A stretch of DNA of 64,000 nucleotides, from assembly GCF_006345805.1 (NCBI RefSeq), contig NC_043006.1, positions 10,850,001 to 10,914,000 on the forward strand, given 5' to 3'. The notes under the pieces are model-generated. The model was not told where the DNA came from. It was given only the letters and a program-made list of their open reading frames with translations, and searched no databases. Made by a program: the position numbers and the translations under genes. Position 1 is the first letter of the stretch; each line of letters opens with the position of its first letter. This document shows positions 25,340 through 38,039 of the stretch, in pieces. The stretch comes from Octopus sinensis (Eukaryota).

Positions 25340-26150
25340 AACGTGTGGAAGATTGTACATATTTTTACAGTTACAGTATACCATCTAGCTCATTTGTTTC
25401 TGGTTTAATAAATTTCATTTTCCAAAAACGATCTGGATACACTTTGTTAGACAAACAAGCATTCTAATAACCCTACACATAAATCTAGACTTATAGTTTT
25501 GTTGCCTTATCAGTTAATTCTTCACTAGTGCGTGATAAATATTTATTGTCCCTTTAATCTTAAATGTTTGTGTTATCGTCTGCTGGTCAATCAATTTCTA
25601 GTACTGTAAACACTTTTTGTCTCACGGATCATTATACATTATTTGTTGGAATTTTCCCGATGTATTTCCTATGTTTTCACCGACTTCACCATCTCTGTAC
25701 GTTTATATTTATTGATATTCCTAATTATACTCTCCAACAATTGTTTTGAATAGGGCTATTGGCATATCCGTATAACTTATAAGCAGTTACCATCGTGATG
25801 ACATTTCCAGAGAACTGCTTATGATGTGGATCATATCTTCAGTATTAATCCAGAGTGCACACAGGCTATTACAATTAGTTTTTGTTTGCTTTTTACATAG
25901 ATCCCTATTTTTATTCTGCATCACATGTTGTAGATATTTCCTGTTGCGGGATTGCAAACGTGAGGTTAATTTATGGGCCGTTTGACCAAAACCGACATTA
26001 GTTACCTTGTCTTACCCCGCTTTTAATGCATATCTTCTGAATTTATATTATGAAAATTTGTTGGGTGTCTTCCTCTGATCATCAGCGAGAGAATACATTC
26101 CAAGTCGGCGCTTTCTACTTCTCATGAAACTGTGTTCATGACATACACAG
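25340..26150 (-). mobile_element. Second, more decayed RLE-type non-LTR remnant
   Basis: Fragments EDMIHIISSSLEMSSR (zinc-finger end), KIPTN, VFTVLEID*PADDN and TVTVKICTIF, collinear with the 28050-28610 remnant. Confidence 0.55.
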
Positions 26151-26343
26151 AGTTAAGTCATCATACATGGATTCACGTCTGCCAGAGGTGTTCAATAAAG
26201 TATGGCGGGGAATTCAGAGGCTTTTAAGAATAAAATTAGACATATGATGTTGTGCTTTATTTTCAGTAAAAATGGTTATCATCATCAGTCATGTAGGATT
26301 TCTTCGAGTTACTTACTAGATTCTGAGTATTATTCACGTCCGT

Positions 26344-26651
26344 GAAGGCGCATCGCTCAGTGGTTAGAGCGTCGATCTTACGATCGTGAGATTGTGAGTT
26401 CGAATCCCGGCTGCGTGTTGTGTTCTTGAGCAAGACACTTCATTTCACGTTGCTCCAGTTCACTCAGCTGTAGAAATGAGTTGCAATGTCACTGGTGCCA
26501 AGCTGTACCGGCCTTTACCTTTCCCTTGGATAACGCTGGTGGCGTGTAGAGGGGAGGCCGGTATGCATGGGCGACTGCTGGTCTTCCATAAACAACCTTG
26601 CCCGGACTTGTGCCTAGGAGGGTAACTTTCTAGGTGCAATCCCCAAAAAAC
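26344..26651 (+). mobile_element. SINE, head H1 + tail T3, with an 11-bp TSD
   Basis: TSD TTCACGTCCGT at 26333-26343 and 26652-26662; tRNA-like A and B boxes. Confidence 0.88.
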
Positions 26652-26711
26652 TTCACGTCCGTAATTCATCTAGCGTTCAATCGAATAAACCAAATCTTGA
26701 TATGAATACTA

Positions 26712-27017
26712 GGAGCACTCAGTCGGTTACGACGACGAGGGTAACGGCTGATACGATCAACGGAACAGCCTGCACGTAAAATTAACGTGAAAGTGACTGA
26801 GCAATCCGCAGAAATGCGTACCCCTAACGTAGTTCTCAGGGCAATTCAGCGTGACACAAAGTGTGACAAGGCCGGCCCTTTGAAATACAGGTGCAACTCA
26901 TTTTTGCCAGCTGAGTGGACTGGAGCAGCGTGAAATAAAGTGTCTCGCTCAAGGACACAACGCGTCGCCGGGAATCGAACTCATGAATGTCCTAGCCACT
27001 AAGCCACGCATCTTCAC
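26712..27017 (-). mobile_element. SINE, head H1 + tail T2
   Basis: Reverse complement reads H1, then CCTGTATTTCAAAGGGCCGGCCTTG...CCCTCGTCGTCGTAACCGAC. Confidence 0.85.
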
Positions 27018-27273
27018 ATGGTATGCGTACTACTACAACAGACTTGAATGGTATGAGCACTACTACAACCGGCTTAAATGACCTTCTCGTTTGCAGTGTC
27101 AAAAAAAGAACTCCGACTACTATATTTATATCTGACCTACTTATGTGTTTCGTGGCGGAGCGAGCATGCATATCACATTCAAATGATATGTGTGTACATA
27201 ATTATATTTTTATGCATGAGTATAATAATAATGGTGTATGTCTATATTCATGTATCGATCTTTCTCTTTGCAG

Positions 27274-27368
27274 AAGCTATGGCACTTCATCCCGCTTCGA
27301 TAACGCAACGAATACGATTAAAGCGTTGCTTAAGGGATATGATATACGACTTAGACCCCAATTTGGAG
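27274..27368 (+). CDS. Lcch3: Internal coding exon of a GABA-gated chloride channel beta-like subunit (Cys-loop LGIC, GABA-A beta/LCCH3 type)
   Basis: Polypyrimidine acceptor TTTCTCTTTGCAG| ends at 27273 and donor GGAG|GTAAGA begins at 27369. The 95 nt read phase 2 to phase 1 as SYGTSSRFDNATNTIKALLKGYDIRLRPQFG-G. As recalled, this matches Lymnaea GABA-R beta (NVTNTIDSLLKGYDIRLRPSFGG) and Drosophila LCCH3 (GYDIRLRPNFGG), and the intron after RPxFGG is conserved in GABA-A beta genes. The symbol is a family-level orthology inference. Confidence 0.9.
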
Positions 27369-27545
27369 GTAAGAAAACTTTTAATTTTATTGCATCTAAC
27401 ATTCATATAACATTCACAAAATGTCTGGTGGTGTGTATTATATGTATGATATATATGTGTATGTGCATAAGAAGATTGTTTGTATGCCTTATGTCCGTGT
27501 GTACACGTGAGCGCACGTTTGTGTACGTGCGTGTTTAAATTCCTT

Positions 27546-27704
27546 CCTGAAGATTGCAGCGGCGTGAAACTGGATCGCAAGCCGAACTTTCACCTTCAAT
27601 AAACAGAACTAATGTATGTATATGTGCATATATATATATATATCTGTTTATTTGAAGTGAAAGTTTCACTCGCGATCCAGTTTCACGCCGCTGCGATCTT
27701 CGGG
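27546..27704. repeat. Imperfect 62-bp inverted repeat around a (TA)n spacer, with hammerhead-like arms
   Basis: 27546-27607 pairs with 27643-27704. Arms read C(U/C)GAAGA-U(U/C)GC AGCG GCGU-GAAA-CUGGAUC-GC(A/G)AG. Confidence 0.85.
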
Positions 27705-27720
27705 CAAGAATATATATATA

Positions 27721-27812
<92 letters not shown>

Positions 27813-28049
27813 GCACATATGCACGCACACACACATACACACACACACACACAGACACACACACTCACACATATAGTTTTCTGGTTGGTGCCGAAGGATA
27901 AAGATGATCGTAACAAGGATCCAGAAGGTGACCTCCGTGTAGCATTTTGATGAAGCTATAAAAAATACAGAGATGTGACAACGGATCATATTTTTTATTA
28001 TTCCTAGAAGTTAATAATTGTGTTTTATCGAACCTTAATAACGATAATT

Positions 28050-28610
28050 GTGGCAAATGGAACCATAACACTTACGTATTCTTACTGTTCCACATACGAG
28101 TTATATCTGTAAAAATATGTGCCAGCTATCCACTCTCATTCTTTGCTCAAAAACCCTAGATTTTCCAGGTCGTCACTGAAATATTTAATAATAGAACTAA
28201 GTGTACACAGGCTTATTGGTATGAATGTAAATTTATAACCAGGATACATGAGATGCAGTTTTCGAGCCAGTCTTTCATAATAACTAATTTTTTTGTCGTT
28301 ACTTTTGGAGGAGATGTTCACATCTACAGAGCAACTTACTTCTATAAGTGTACGCAATATTTTTCTCTTCTGATCCAAATAACATGTAAGGTTCCTTAAG
28401 TTTGCACTAGGTAGAAAATTTGATGGGGATCTTACTACAACATGCCTTAGGTTCGCATGTATTCCGTACAGATATGTTATTTAAATTTACGATTGAATAA
28501 TATTTTCTGGAGCTGACAATGTATGTGGTTATAGTAGTAACACCATGATTTAGTGGGAGGCAACAGGTCAATGATTACACGCTGCTGGTTACAGGTGTTA
28601 TATCCTTCAC
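28050..28610 (-). mobile_element. RLE-type (R2 superfamily, R4/NeSL/HERO-like) non-LTR retrotransposon C-terminal remnant
   Basis: LIEVSCSVDVNISSKSNDKKISYYERLARKLHLMYPGYKFTFIPISLCTLSSIIKYFSDDLENLGF, followed by QI*LVCGTVRIRK. This is the restriction-like endonuclease C-terminal pattern. Confidence 0.7.
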
Positions 28611-28900
28611 AGTAGAGTGGCCTAATAGACATTTATATCCCAGAAAACATTCGAAACATCTAATTTTTGCAACATTCCCGAATTATCAGCCGATTTACAA
28701 TAAGATGGGTTTCTTTCAAACCATATTGTAAATTTCACCAGGAGTTTTATATAAAGCAACCGGAACAAAGTGAGAGCGTATATAAACAGCAGCAAAAAAT
28801 CCCTTACAAGCACAGTAGAACTACTCTCAGGATGCTCAGCAAATATGTCTGTGTGCTTGTGTGTACGAATATGAAGTGTGTATATAATAATTATATAATA

Positions 28901-29038
28901 GGAGTGGCTGTGTGGTAAGTAGCTTGCTAACCAACCATATGGTTCCAGGTTCAGTCCCACTGCAATAGCCCCGGGCCGACCAATGCCTTGTGAGTGGATT
29001 TGGTAGACGGAAACTGAAAGAAGCCTGTCGTATATATG

Positions 29039-29071
<33 letters not shown>

Positions 29072-29278
29072 TTGTGTGTCTTTGTTTGTTCCCCTAGCAT
29101 TGCTTGACAACCGATGCTGGTGTGTTTACGTCCCCGTCACTTAGCGGTTCGGCAAAAAGAGACCGATAGAATAAGTACTGGGCTTACAAAAAGAATAAGT
29201 CCTGTGGTCGAGTCGCTCGACTAAAAGGCGGTGCTCCAGCATGGCCGCAGTCAAATGACTGAAACAAGTAAAAGAGTA
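28901..29278 (+). mobile_element. SINE family B
   Basis: Near-identical to 3532-3946, with a short internal deletion. Confidence 0.9.
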
Positions 29279-29291
29279 TTATTTCCATTAA

Positions 29292-29460
29292 AGCGGCGAG
29301 CTGGTAGAATCATTAGCACGCTGAGCAAATGTTTAGCAGCATTTCGTCTGCATTCATGTTGTGAGTTCAAATTCCGCTTTAGTCGAAAAGTACTATGAGA
29401 AATGTAATCGATTTATCCCCTTCCTGAAATTGCTGGTTTTATTCCAAAATTTTAAACCAT
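29292..29460 (+). mobile_element. SINE family A, diverged
   Basis: GCGGCGAGCTGGTAGAATC...GAGTTCAAATTCCGC. Confidence 0.6.
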
Positions 29461-29471
29461 TATTATCAATA

Positions 29472-29860
29472 GGCGTAGGAGTGGCAGTGTAGTAAGTAGC
29501 TAGCTTACGAATCACATGGTTCCGGGTTCAGTCCCACTGCGTAGCACCTTGGGTAAGTGTTTTCTACTATAGCCTCGGGCCGACCAAACCCTTGTAAGTG
29601 GATTTGGTAGACGGAAACTAAAAGAAGCTCGTCGTATATATATATATATGTGTTTGTGTGTCTGTGTTTGTCCCCCCCACACCGCTTGACAACCGATGCT
29701 GGTGTGCTTACGTTCCCGTAACTTAGCGATTCGGCAAAGAGAGCGATACAATAAGTACTAGGCTTGCAAAGAATAAGTCCTGGGGTCGATTTGCTCGACG
29801 AAAGGCAGTGTTCCAGCATGGCCACAGTCAACTGCCTGAAACGTGTAAAAGAGTAAGAGT
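29472..29860 (+). mobile_element. SINE family B
   Basis: Full-length match to 3532-3946. Confidence 0.9.
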
Positions 29861-29874
29861 AATAAAACGATCAG

Positions 29875-30270
29875 TTAGAATCATTAGCGAGCCAGACAAA
29901 ATGATTAGTTCGATTTCGTTTGTCTTTACGTTCTGAGTTCAAATTCCGCCGAGATCGACTTTGCCTTTCATCCTTTCGGGATCGATAAATTAAGCCGACC
30001 TAATCGACTGGCCCTCTCCCCAAAATGTTGGGCCTTATAGGTAGAGTAGGAAAGAATATTTATCATAAAGCGATCGGGCAGATTCATTAGCACACCAAAC
30101 AAAATGATTGGTAGCATTTCGTCAATCCTTACGTTCTAAATTTAAATTCCGCCGAGGTCAAGTTTTCTTTTCATCTTTTCGGGGTCGTTATGATAAAATG
30201 CCAATTGAGCACTGGAGGCGATATAATTAACTATTCCCCTCCCCTAAAATTACATGTCTTCCCATATTGT
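29875..30270 (+). mobile_element. Two tandem diverged SINE family A copies
   Basis: AAATTCCGCCGAG core occurs near 29941 and near 30144. Confidence 0.7.
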
Positions 30271-30660
30271 GGAAAGGATTATTGGTATTTCTTCCGATTT
30301 ATTGCAAAGCAACGCGGTCAGTTGTGTCGTTTCTCATCTCGGGCTCGATAAAATAGTGTACCAGTCAAGTAGTGAAGTTGATACAAAGGACTTTCCTTTC
30401 AATATTGCTGGCGTTCTGCCAAACTAAAAAATTTCTGCAAATTTCATGAGCTGGTGCTCGTGGTGAAATGTGAGTGTGTGTGTATGTATCTGTGTGTGTG
30501 TTTTTTTGTGTGTTTGTGTGTGAATACTTTTGCATGTTTGTATCTCAGAAAAGACCTTGAAACATCAGTTCCTAATATTTTAATTAGTTTTTATTTAATT
30601 CGTGCTTTTTTTTCGCACTTACACTACTTCGCCTGATGTCATGATATCCTAGATGTATAT

Positions 30661-30740
<80 letters not shown>

Positions 30741-30841
30741 GTATATATGTATGCATAGATAGGTAGATATATATACACACACAAACACACACACACAAAC
30801 GCACACACACACACACACACATACACACACACACACATAAC

Positions 30842-30879
<38 letters not shown>

Positions 30880-31899
30880 TATAAGGACATGTCTGTATAT
30901 AACTGTGACATAGTTCCTATTCTATATTTGTCTATCGACATATGTATGGCTGTTTCTCTGACACTCTCCGCCTTTATTTCTCCTTCTCTCTCGAGTCGTG
31001 TCTACATTTGTATGCCTTCCATATTTTATCTATCTCCTTCTCCATGCACTAATGACTATTTGTCTTGTGCATGTATGTACGGGCACATATATACGTATGT
31101 GTGTGTGCGCGCGCGTTTTTGTACATATATTCATAGACACACATATATACATACGTATATATAGTATGTAAAAAGAGTTTACATCTGATGACGTAAAGAA
31201 ACAGCAATGTACTATTAATGGCCACTTATGCTCTACCCTTAATTGAAATGCAACTCAGAAAAGACAGAATTAAAGTTCCCTGTCGAAGACGGTTAAAAGT
31301 GTTTCGTCCTTGAGCGAGGATAGAATACATTACATAATTAACAAGCAAATCATATGATATCAATTTAGAAAATTTAATTTATAATTTAATGCATATGCTT
31401 TTTTTTATTTAAACATAGTGCGGCGTTGTTATAATAAATAGGTTACCTGCCTTACAAGTGTTTCTAGAAAAGAGTAGGAAGTGGATTTAATATCATTGAG
31501 TATAGATTTAAATGTCAGCCAGTTATTTCGTCAACGGAGAGAGAGAAATAAGGAATATCGTTAATCCAGGATAATATTGGTTACTTGTTCATTGATGGAT
31601 TAAGGAATCAAAGAATGTATTGGTTGGTAGATACATGATCAAAAGAATATGGAGATCCATAATAGTGGATAGTATCAGTTAGTAGAACCTTTGTTCAAGT
31701 ATCATAGAAAATCCTTTGGTAAAAAATGGTAGACGTTGCTAGTTCAATTGTTAAAAATGAAATTGAGGTAGTTATGAGTGGAATGTCTTTAGACAGTATA
31801 TGACAAAATGAAGAGCAGACAGAATAGGGAATCCCTTGGGTGGGGGAGATAATTACAAGCTGATAGTAATGAAAGGGAATACAATAATGTAGTTAATGG

Positions 31900-31990
<91 letters not shown>

Positions 31991-32243
31991 TGTGTGTGTA
32001 TGTGTGTGTGTGTTTGGTGTACTGTTCCATGATTGTAGAATTGACAATCAAGTACTCCTTATGGTTTGAGGTAAGTATTATTTGATAAACACAATATATG
32101 TTTTTATGTGTTGATATTAGTTGATATTCTGTGCAAAGTTCAGGTACTTCACACATGGCCTGACGTTTGCGCTGTTAAATATACTGTCTGGCATGCTTTC
32201 ATGGCATGAAACTAATAGTAACACATAAAAAATATATACTGTG

Positions 32244-32281
<38 letters not shown>

Positions 32282-33320
32282 ATCTTGCACAACAAATATA
32301 TATATATATATGTATCAAAAGGATGTGTTATAATACTATTCATCAGCCATACCAAAAGTCTAACATAACTCCATCATCAGCTGCCCCACGGATATCATTA
32401 TGGTTTCGACACCATTCAATCTGGCAGTGTCAACAACATTAAAATAAGTGTTGTTTAGGAACAAACAAACTAAAGGAACCACAACTTTCAAACACATTTT
32501 TCCTCTGTGCAACGTATCGATAAATAAGTTCAATAATTGAATTACAATCACTCCCTAATACGTAACTAAACGGCGACAACTCTATTAAGTCATACTATAT
32601 TTATAATCCCTACTACCTTCCGTAATGTAATATAAAAGTAAAAGCTTAATAACCACATTATTTTAACCAATCAATATATAGACACGATTAAAAACTAACT
32701 TTAATAAAACTACAACAAAGAGACATAAAACCATATACATTGTATCGGTATTAATAGTAAATTGTAATAACTAGATTATATGCTAAATTGCGATCAGTTT
32801 TAAGTCCATATAAATAATAATCCCACCGGTCTTCCATAAATACTATTATAATAGAAATTCATGCCTTATAAAAATTTTCCAAAACAAAACACGATCTAAA
32901 TTAATTTAACTAATATTTTTATGAGTGAAATACATTATTTCATTATTCAAAAGTTAATAGTAAAACACTACATACTCATTAATATATCACCACTACAAGT
33001 TATAATATAAAATTGCTAGTGACTAATATAAACTTAATTTTCAGTAAATAGGAAGTAATAAAAGTACTTAATTAATTAACTAATTATATACACCTTGCTA
33101 ATTAAAAAGCTATAGAACTATAAGTATTAGCACTTACATGTTTAATCAGACACGCGGTTCCCTCACCAAGAATTTAAAGGGCCTGCTAAATATTGATGGC
33201 GTAGTGCATAATTACTATTTTGTCATTGTTTTAATGTCGATGACGTAGTAAGCAAATAATACGAATAGTAACCTTCAAATCCTTGAAAGTATTTACTAAA
33301 CTGAAGAATAGATATTACCC

Positions 33321-33364
<44 letters not shown>

Positions 33365-33374
33365 TATATATATA

Positions 33375-33406
<32 letters not shown>

Positions 33407-33422
33407 TGTGTGTGTGTGTGTG

Positions 33423-33461
<39 letters not shown>

Positions 33462-33620
33462 CTTTATTTAAAGCAGCAGAAAATTCAACAAAACCTGTAA
33501 CTCTGGGTTTCACGTTGCCGTTCATCGGACAGTTTTTTTCTAGCAAAAACTGTCCGATGAACGGCAACGTGAAACTCAGAGTAACAGGTTTTGTTGAATT
33601 TTCTGCTGCTTTAAATAAAG
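33462..33620. repeat. 76-bp inverted repeat (2 mismatches, 7-nt loop); each arm contains a hammerhead motif
   Basis: 33462-33537 is the reverse complement of 33545-33620. The left end abuts a (TA)n run. Confidence 0.95.
33546..33592 (+). ncRNA. Minimal type I hammerhead ribozyme (U4C core variant)
   Basis: AAAACUGU-CCGAUGA-ACG GCAA CGU-GAAA-CUC A GAG-UA/ACAG GUUUU. Stems I, II and III all pair and the triplet is GUA, so cleavage is predicted after 33583. Confidence 0.65.
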
Positions 33621-33688
33621 CATATTACTCTACCACTGGCATTTGAGTACTCTTTTTTCCACCTTGTTCACATTTATGTGTTTACTCC

Positions 33689-33736
<48 letters not shown>

Positions 33737-33867
33737 ATATTCCTGATGATTTCATTTGAATGAAACAGTTCTAGTCCTGTAGAAGCCCCTTCTATAAAAT
33801 AAATTAATTTACTCTGCTATGTATTGAGTACCTTATTTACTGTGGTTAACCCCGACTCAACCCGGGA

Positions 33868-33942
<75 letters not shown>

Positions 33943-34019
33943 TATATATATATATATTATATATACGGAGCAAATAATCCAGGAGAAAATATTTGAGAAG
34001 ATATTAGTAACTCTGTTAT

Positions 34020-34335
34020 TATCTAATGTAACAATTAAAAATGCCTAGGTTTCAAGGGCCCACATCTTTTTAATATTCTCCCAAAGAGTCTGAGGAACTT
34101 ACACAAAGTAGATGTAGCGGTTTTTAAATCAAAGCTGGACCTCTTCCTGTCCAGAGTCCCAGATGAACCTACCTCACGGCAAGAGGTGCAAATGAGGGTA
34201 ACTATATCAAACTTCATTCTTCACTAAGTGCCACATATTAGAGTAGGCTCTTAGTAAAAACAGTGTAGCACAAAACGGCGGTGCATCAGCATGGCCGCAG
34301 CTCTCAGCTGAAACTAAAAGAAAAAGAATAATATA
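34020..34335 (+). mobile_element. 3' end fragment of a CR1-group LINE whose tail matches SINE family B
   Basis: LGFKGPHLFNILPKSLRNLHKVDVAVFKSKLDLFLSRVPDEP, followed by GGCGGTGCATCAGCATGGCCGCAGCTCTCAGCTGAAACTAAAAG at 34277. Confidence 0.8.
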
Positions 34336-35504
34336 AACAATAATATAGGTGATTGCAGACCCCAAAATCATTAAATAGCTGAAGGATTAAAATTAATCAA
34401 AGGACATTCTAAGTATGTCTATCTGCTGGAAATAACAGTCAAAACTCTTATTTAAATCTCCGATACACAAGGATACACAAGTGTACGCTGGTATGTACCT
34501 ATACATGAATAAAGGGGTATTTATGTATACATATATGGGAATATATATATAGATATATACGCGCCAGAGAGGGCAAGGTAGGTGGGATTAATGTTAAAGA
34601 GCTGAATATTAAGGTAAAATAGGATAAATGGATTTCTCAAACTAAAGCTCATCTGTACAATGAATCTAATATGGTAGACGGTGGGGGAAGAGTTAATTTT
34701 CAGTTGGTTGTAGAGGCGATAGCTATAGACGTGTATGATGTATTACTGAAAGTGGAAGTTTATTGGTAGTAAGTAAATAAATAATACATAAAATATATCT
34801 TTTCATTAAGTTAGAGTAGAGATTCTAACGCATAACGATGAAATGAACTAATTAATAATGAATAATATATACTGTTATGACTACAAGTGTTGAGTAAAGA
34901 AATCTGGTAATGTAAGTATATGAATTTAGTTTAACTTGTCTTTCATTATAATAGGTGTGAAATAAATTATAAGCCAGCAACCACTTGACGTTAGTTATTC
35001 AATAACTTTGTTGCAACTGAGCAACTATTACACCAGCTATAAGCCAGGTGAGGTGTATAAGTATGAACTATTGGATATGAGTGGGCAAGAATCTGTGAAA
35101 AAATTCTATGAAGAAATGAATAAAGTAGAATAAACAAATATGGTGATAGATTAATAAACCAATTAATCAAGTGAGCCTAAACCATATCTGAACTATATAT
35201 CATAGAAAATAAACTGGTAGGTAGCTATGTACGGTTAGTTGACCTGCTGCACCTAGATTTGTGGTAAAATTTGGAAGTTTTAAAGAATTTATGAACGGAA
35301 TGGGAGAATGCCACGTGATGCTTATTTAAAAGCTGTGCTAGGTTATGGGACAGTATATGCATAGGTTCCTTCAAACATACCAATGCGGCGTATTTTGGCC
35401 CTGGTATGGAGAATCAGAATCAATGAGGGACCAAAGAATATCGTCTGGTGTATTCTTTTTTCCTAAGCTTTTGTATGTGTTCTGCCAGAGAAGTCAAATT
35501 ATTA

Positions 35505-35546
<42 letters not shown>

Positions 35547-36820
35547 GTGTGTGTGTGTGTGTTTCTAAACGACTTTAAAGGCACTGTGTATTTTTGCTTA
35601 AAATGTTTATAGCTCCAATATAAAACTTAGTGTGGTTTTGGAACTTATCTAAGTCTGAGCACTTATATACTTATATAATTTTGCAGTGAGCATGTAATGG
35701 GCATTTTTCTGTATCTTGAAATTACACCAGGAGGTATTTTGTTTATTAATCTTTCTACTGAGTGCGTTATAATTAGTATAATTGGAAAATGTATGACTGT
35801 GTAAGGTTGATCCGATTCACTCCTCACGTATGTCCCGTTCCGGCTGATTCAATTGACTGATGAACGAACAATGCATATTTACGATTCGTGATGCTTGGGC
35901 CATTGTGTTCTTGAGCGAAACATGTCATTTCACCTTACCCCAAACCCGTCAGATGTAAAGGAATTCTAACTTTAGCTGGGAAGGTGACCCTTCGTAGGGC
36001 CGTCTTCTCATTCAGAAAGGGAGGTTTGCAATTTTAGTCACATATAAGCCATTCATATCGGGCTAATGAGTCCTGGGATCATAACAACTTAAAGTCTATT
36101 TATGAATATTAGGAAATTAGGAAATACATTGTAGAATATATCAATCTATATTTAAGATAGCCAGACGTGATTAGTAGGGAATTTAGCTACTATTTGTAGC
36201 AGGTTGTGCGAATGCGATAAAGCATCCCTTGTTAGCGAAGATTTTGTGATTGTCGCTGTAATTTAGGACAAGCTCCGCTCGAGCAGAACTATCATTAAAA
36301 GCATTTATGCCGTAACTATCTCATCTGTTTGTATACACGACATATAGAAATATATGCATACACACACACACACACACACATACATATATATATATGTATG
36401 TATACTGTGACTATTTCCTCTGTGTATATAAGTAAGTATGCCATTCATTCTAAAGTCAAAAAACCAGGCCAGAGAATTTACAAAAACATGTTTGGTCACA
36501 TCTTCCAAGTTTAGTCAAGCATGAGGCCGAACTTATTTTTTCCTACAACTTGTTTGATATTTACTTATCATTTGTGCTCCAAACTTGGGTTACTCTCCAT
36601 AACGTTTGTTTTTCATTCTAATGTTATACCTCACGGAATTTAAACAATTCGCCGGTCCTCATTAGCAGTATTTGAACCCATAGATACAAATGGTGGTTAT
36701 TGGCTGATACACTGTTTTGTGTACTCTGGCAGATGTATTGTCAGATGTTTGGCATTGGCGCAACAAACTAAATACCAAGCAGATGCTGGAAGATCAATAT
36801 CTGTCGAGTATATTTAATAA

Positions 36821-37314
<494 letters not shown>

Positions 37315-38039
37315 ACCCTTACACAATAATTACTGTTGATATTAAATAGCAGCTCATTATAACAGATTATATACCCGTTTACTATCGTTTCACAGTTGTA
37401 TGAGACAAACATAATTAAATGCTTAACAAATATTTCATACGAGATATAGAGATTCCAGTACCACAAACAACCTGGTAACCGTATTAGTATCTCATAAATG
37501 TATGTTTCATATATATTTATTAACTCGGAAGCTTAACAAAAATGTCAAGTCAGCCTTATGCAGTGCCAACATCGGCATACGAAATTACATTCTGCAGTTT
37601 ACGGATCTAGTGACTCGTGTATTTATTCCTTGCTCCTCCACCTGAAAATAAACATGTCTATCAAAACTATGCAGATGTCCTATGTTGCTCTAAAGCATTT
37701 TCATATCACTTGAGTTTCTAAGTGTTAGACCACAGATATAGAACGGTATAAATGTAAGCACTTCTTAATTGAAAATGTATGACATTCCGTTTAGTAAAGA
37801 AAATCGAAAAATATCGATGGCCATATCGACAGAGTTACATGAAACTTAAAAGGTCCATGTATCATCTCTTATTTTGAACGTGAATCTTGACAAAGACACT
37901 TAGCTCTATGCCTGTTTTTGCCTAACTCTAATAAGGGTTTGAATAGTGAATGTATCAGAGGCATTGATGAGTGTTTCGTGAACAAGAACTGAGTCCGAGT
38001 TTAACTGGAGACAGTGAACACAATGGAAAGCTACGATAG

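Noticed and set aside
27023-27538. 171-aa ORF as a single-exon gene
   Set aside because: Only 27274-27368 is homologous and is bounded by canonical splice sites; the rest is intron read-through.
26060-32400. Other CTGATGA occurrences (near 26070, 26278, 32341 and 32374; also 15519, 35858 and 40489)
   Set aside because: No stem II or GAAA-NUH at the required spacing, so not counted as hammerheads.
31420-35350. AT-rich unique stretches (31420-31900, 32340-33300, 34340-35350) as viral or coding relics
   Set aside because: Manual translation gave short stop-ridden frames with no recognisable motif; BLASTX would be needed.
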